From positions 89,093,659 through 89,127,732 of the forward strand of contig NC_068983.1 in assembly GCF_001194135.2 (NCBI RefSeq): a stretch of 34,074 nucleotides of DNA. The letters are read 5' to 3'. The translations under genes and the position numbers were made by a program. The notes under the pieces were generated by a model. It made no database searches, had not been told where the DNA came from, and saw nothing but the letters and a program-made list of their open reading frames with translations. The DNA comes from Octopus bimaculoides. Lineage: Eukaryota. Positions 33,560-34,074 of this stretch are shown here, piece by piece; the first letter of the stretch is position 1; each line of letters starts with the position of its first letter.

Positions 33560-33857
33560 TGTGGTGTGTGCGTACGAGTAGATGTAATCGCCTTACCTCG
33601 GTTTTCCTTTCCTCGACTGCGAGTCCGTCTTGCGGTATCCGATCCTCGAAGCTTGCCCCGACCCAAAGTACACCAGGAATAGCAGCTGCTTCTCCTAAAC
33701 CTTCCCAAACCTAGACCGTCGCTTAACACGTCTTGTCCTGCCCGCAGCCCCGTTCGAAAAGGGCACGAATGCCGATCGAGGCTCTCTCTGCCCTTTTCCT
33801 CCTTCCGGTCGACTCGCCCTTCCGGTCAGCCTCTCCAGACACTGACATCATACCACA
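33560..33857 (-). repeat. 298-bp 3' LTR of a gypsy element
   Basis: TGTGGT...ACCACA inverted termini, immediately preceded on the minus strand by PPT-like AAGATCAGGGTGGCG (33872-33858). Confidence 0.85.
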
Positions 33858-33889
33858 CGCCACCCTGATCTTAAAGATCACGTTCACCC

Positions 33890-34074
33890 CTACTCCAATT
33901 CGAAGTCCGCCATCCAACCGGGCGGGCGCCCTACACGTCGAGATCTTCTCAAGCTAGGTGGCTCGTTTCCATCGCACTCTTCATCCGACGAAGTGGCTAT
34001 CCTGCGCAGATCCAGCACGTGACGCGGCATTCCATCCACAGAGACATTGTTTCTGGAATTGACCGCTGTCACTG
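33890..34074 (-). CDS. C-terminus of gypsy pol/integrase (runs off window)
   Basis: VTAVNSRNNVSVDGMPRHVLDLRR...LRRSRRVGRPPGWMADFELE*; the LRRS.R..PP.W..D motif followed by PPT and LTR. Confidence 0.8.
   Translation of the reverse strand, partial: VTAVNSRNNVSVDGMPRHVLDLRRIATSSDEECDGNEPPSLRRSRRVGRPPGWMADFELE

Overview
Eukaryotic, AT-rich, repeat-dense animal genomic DNA with five N gaps (4691-5613, 9722-10349, 14079-14159, 17270-17279, 25920-26788). The SINE families look octopus/cephalopod-like (inference from recall, not a database hit). Most of the window is nested mobile DNA: Penelope-like (PLE) GIY-YIG fragments, an apparently full-length Chapaev3-type DNA transposon, a Helitron, RTE, R4/Dong-like and Tx1-like LINE fragments, Copia and Gypsy fragments (one with an intact LTR), a mariner relic, MITEs and SINEs. 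A short-exon host gene probably runs on the minus strand at about 11.7-20.2 kb. The main discovery is three sequence-unrelated non-coding repeat families, each carrying a minimal type I hammerhead ribozyme motif with a palindromic stem III: a 552-bp tandem at 1.3-2.3 kb, an inverted pair at 10.5-11.3 kb, and a ~355-bp tandem-plus-inverted array at 24.6-27.2 kb bounded by a 12-bp target-site duplication. The last looks like a retrozyme-type (ribozyme/circRNA) insertion that was later hit by a Tx1-like LINE right at the ribozyme. All alignments and folds were done by eye; no searches or folding programs were run.
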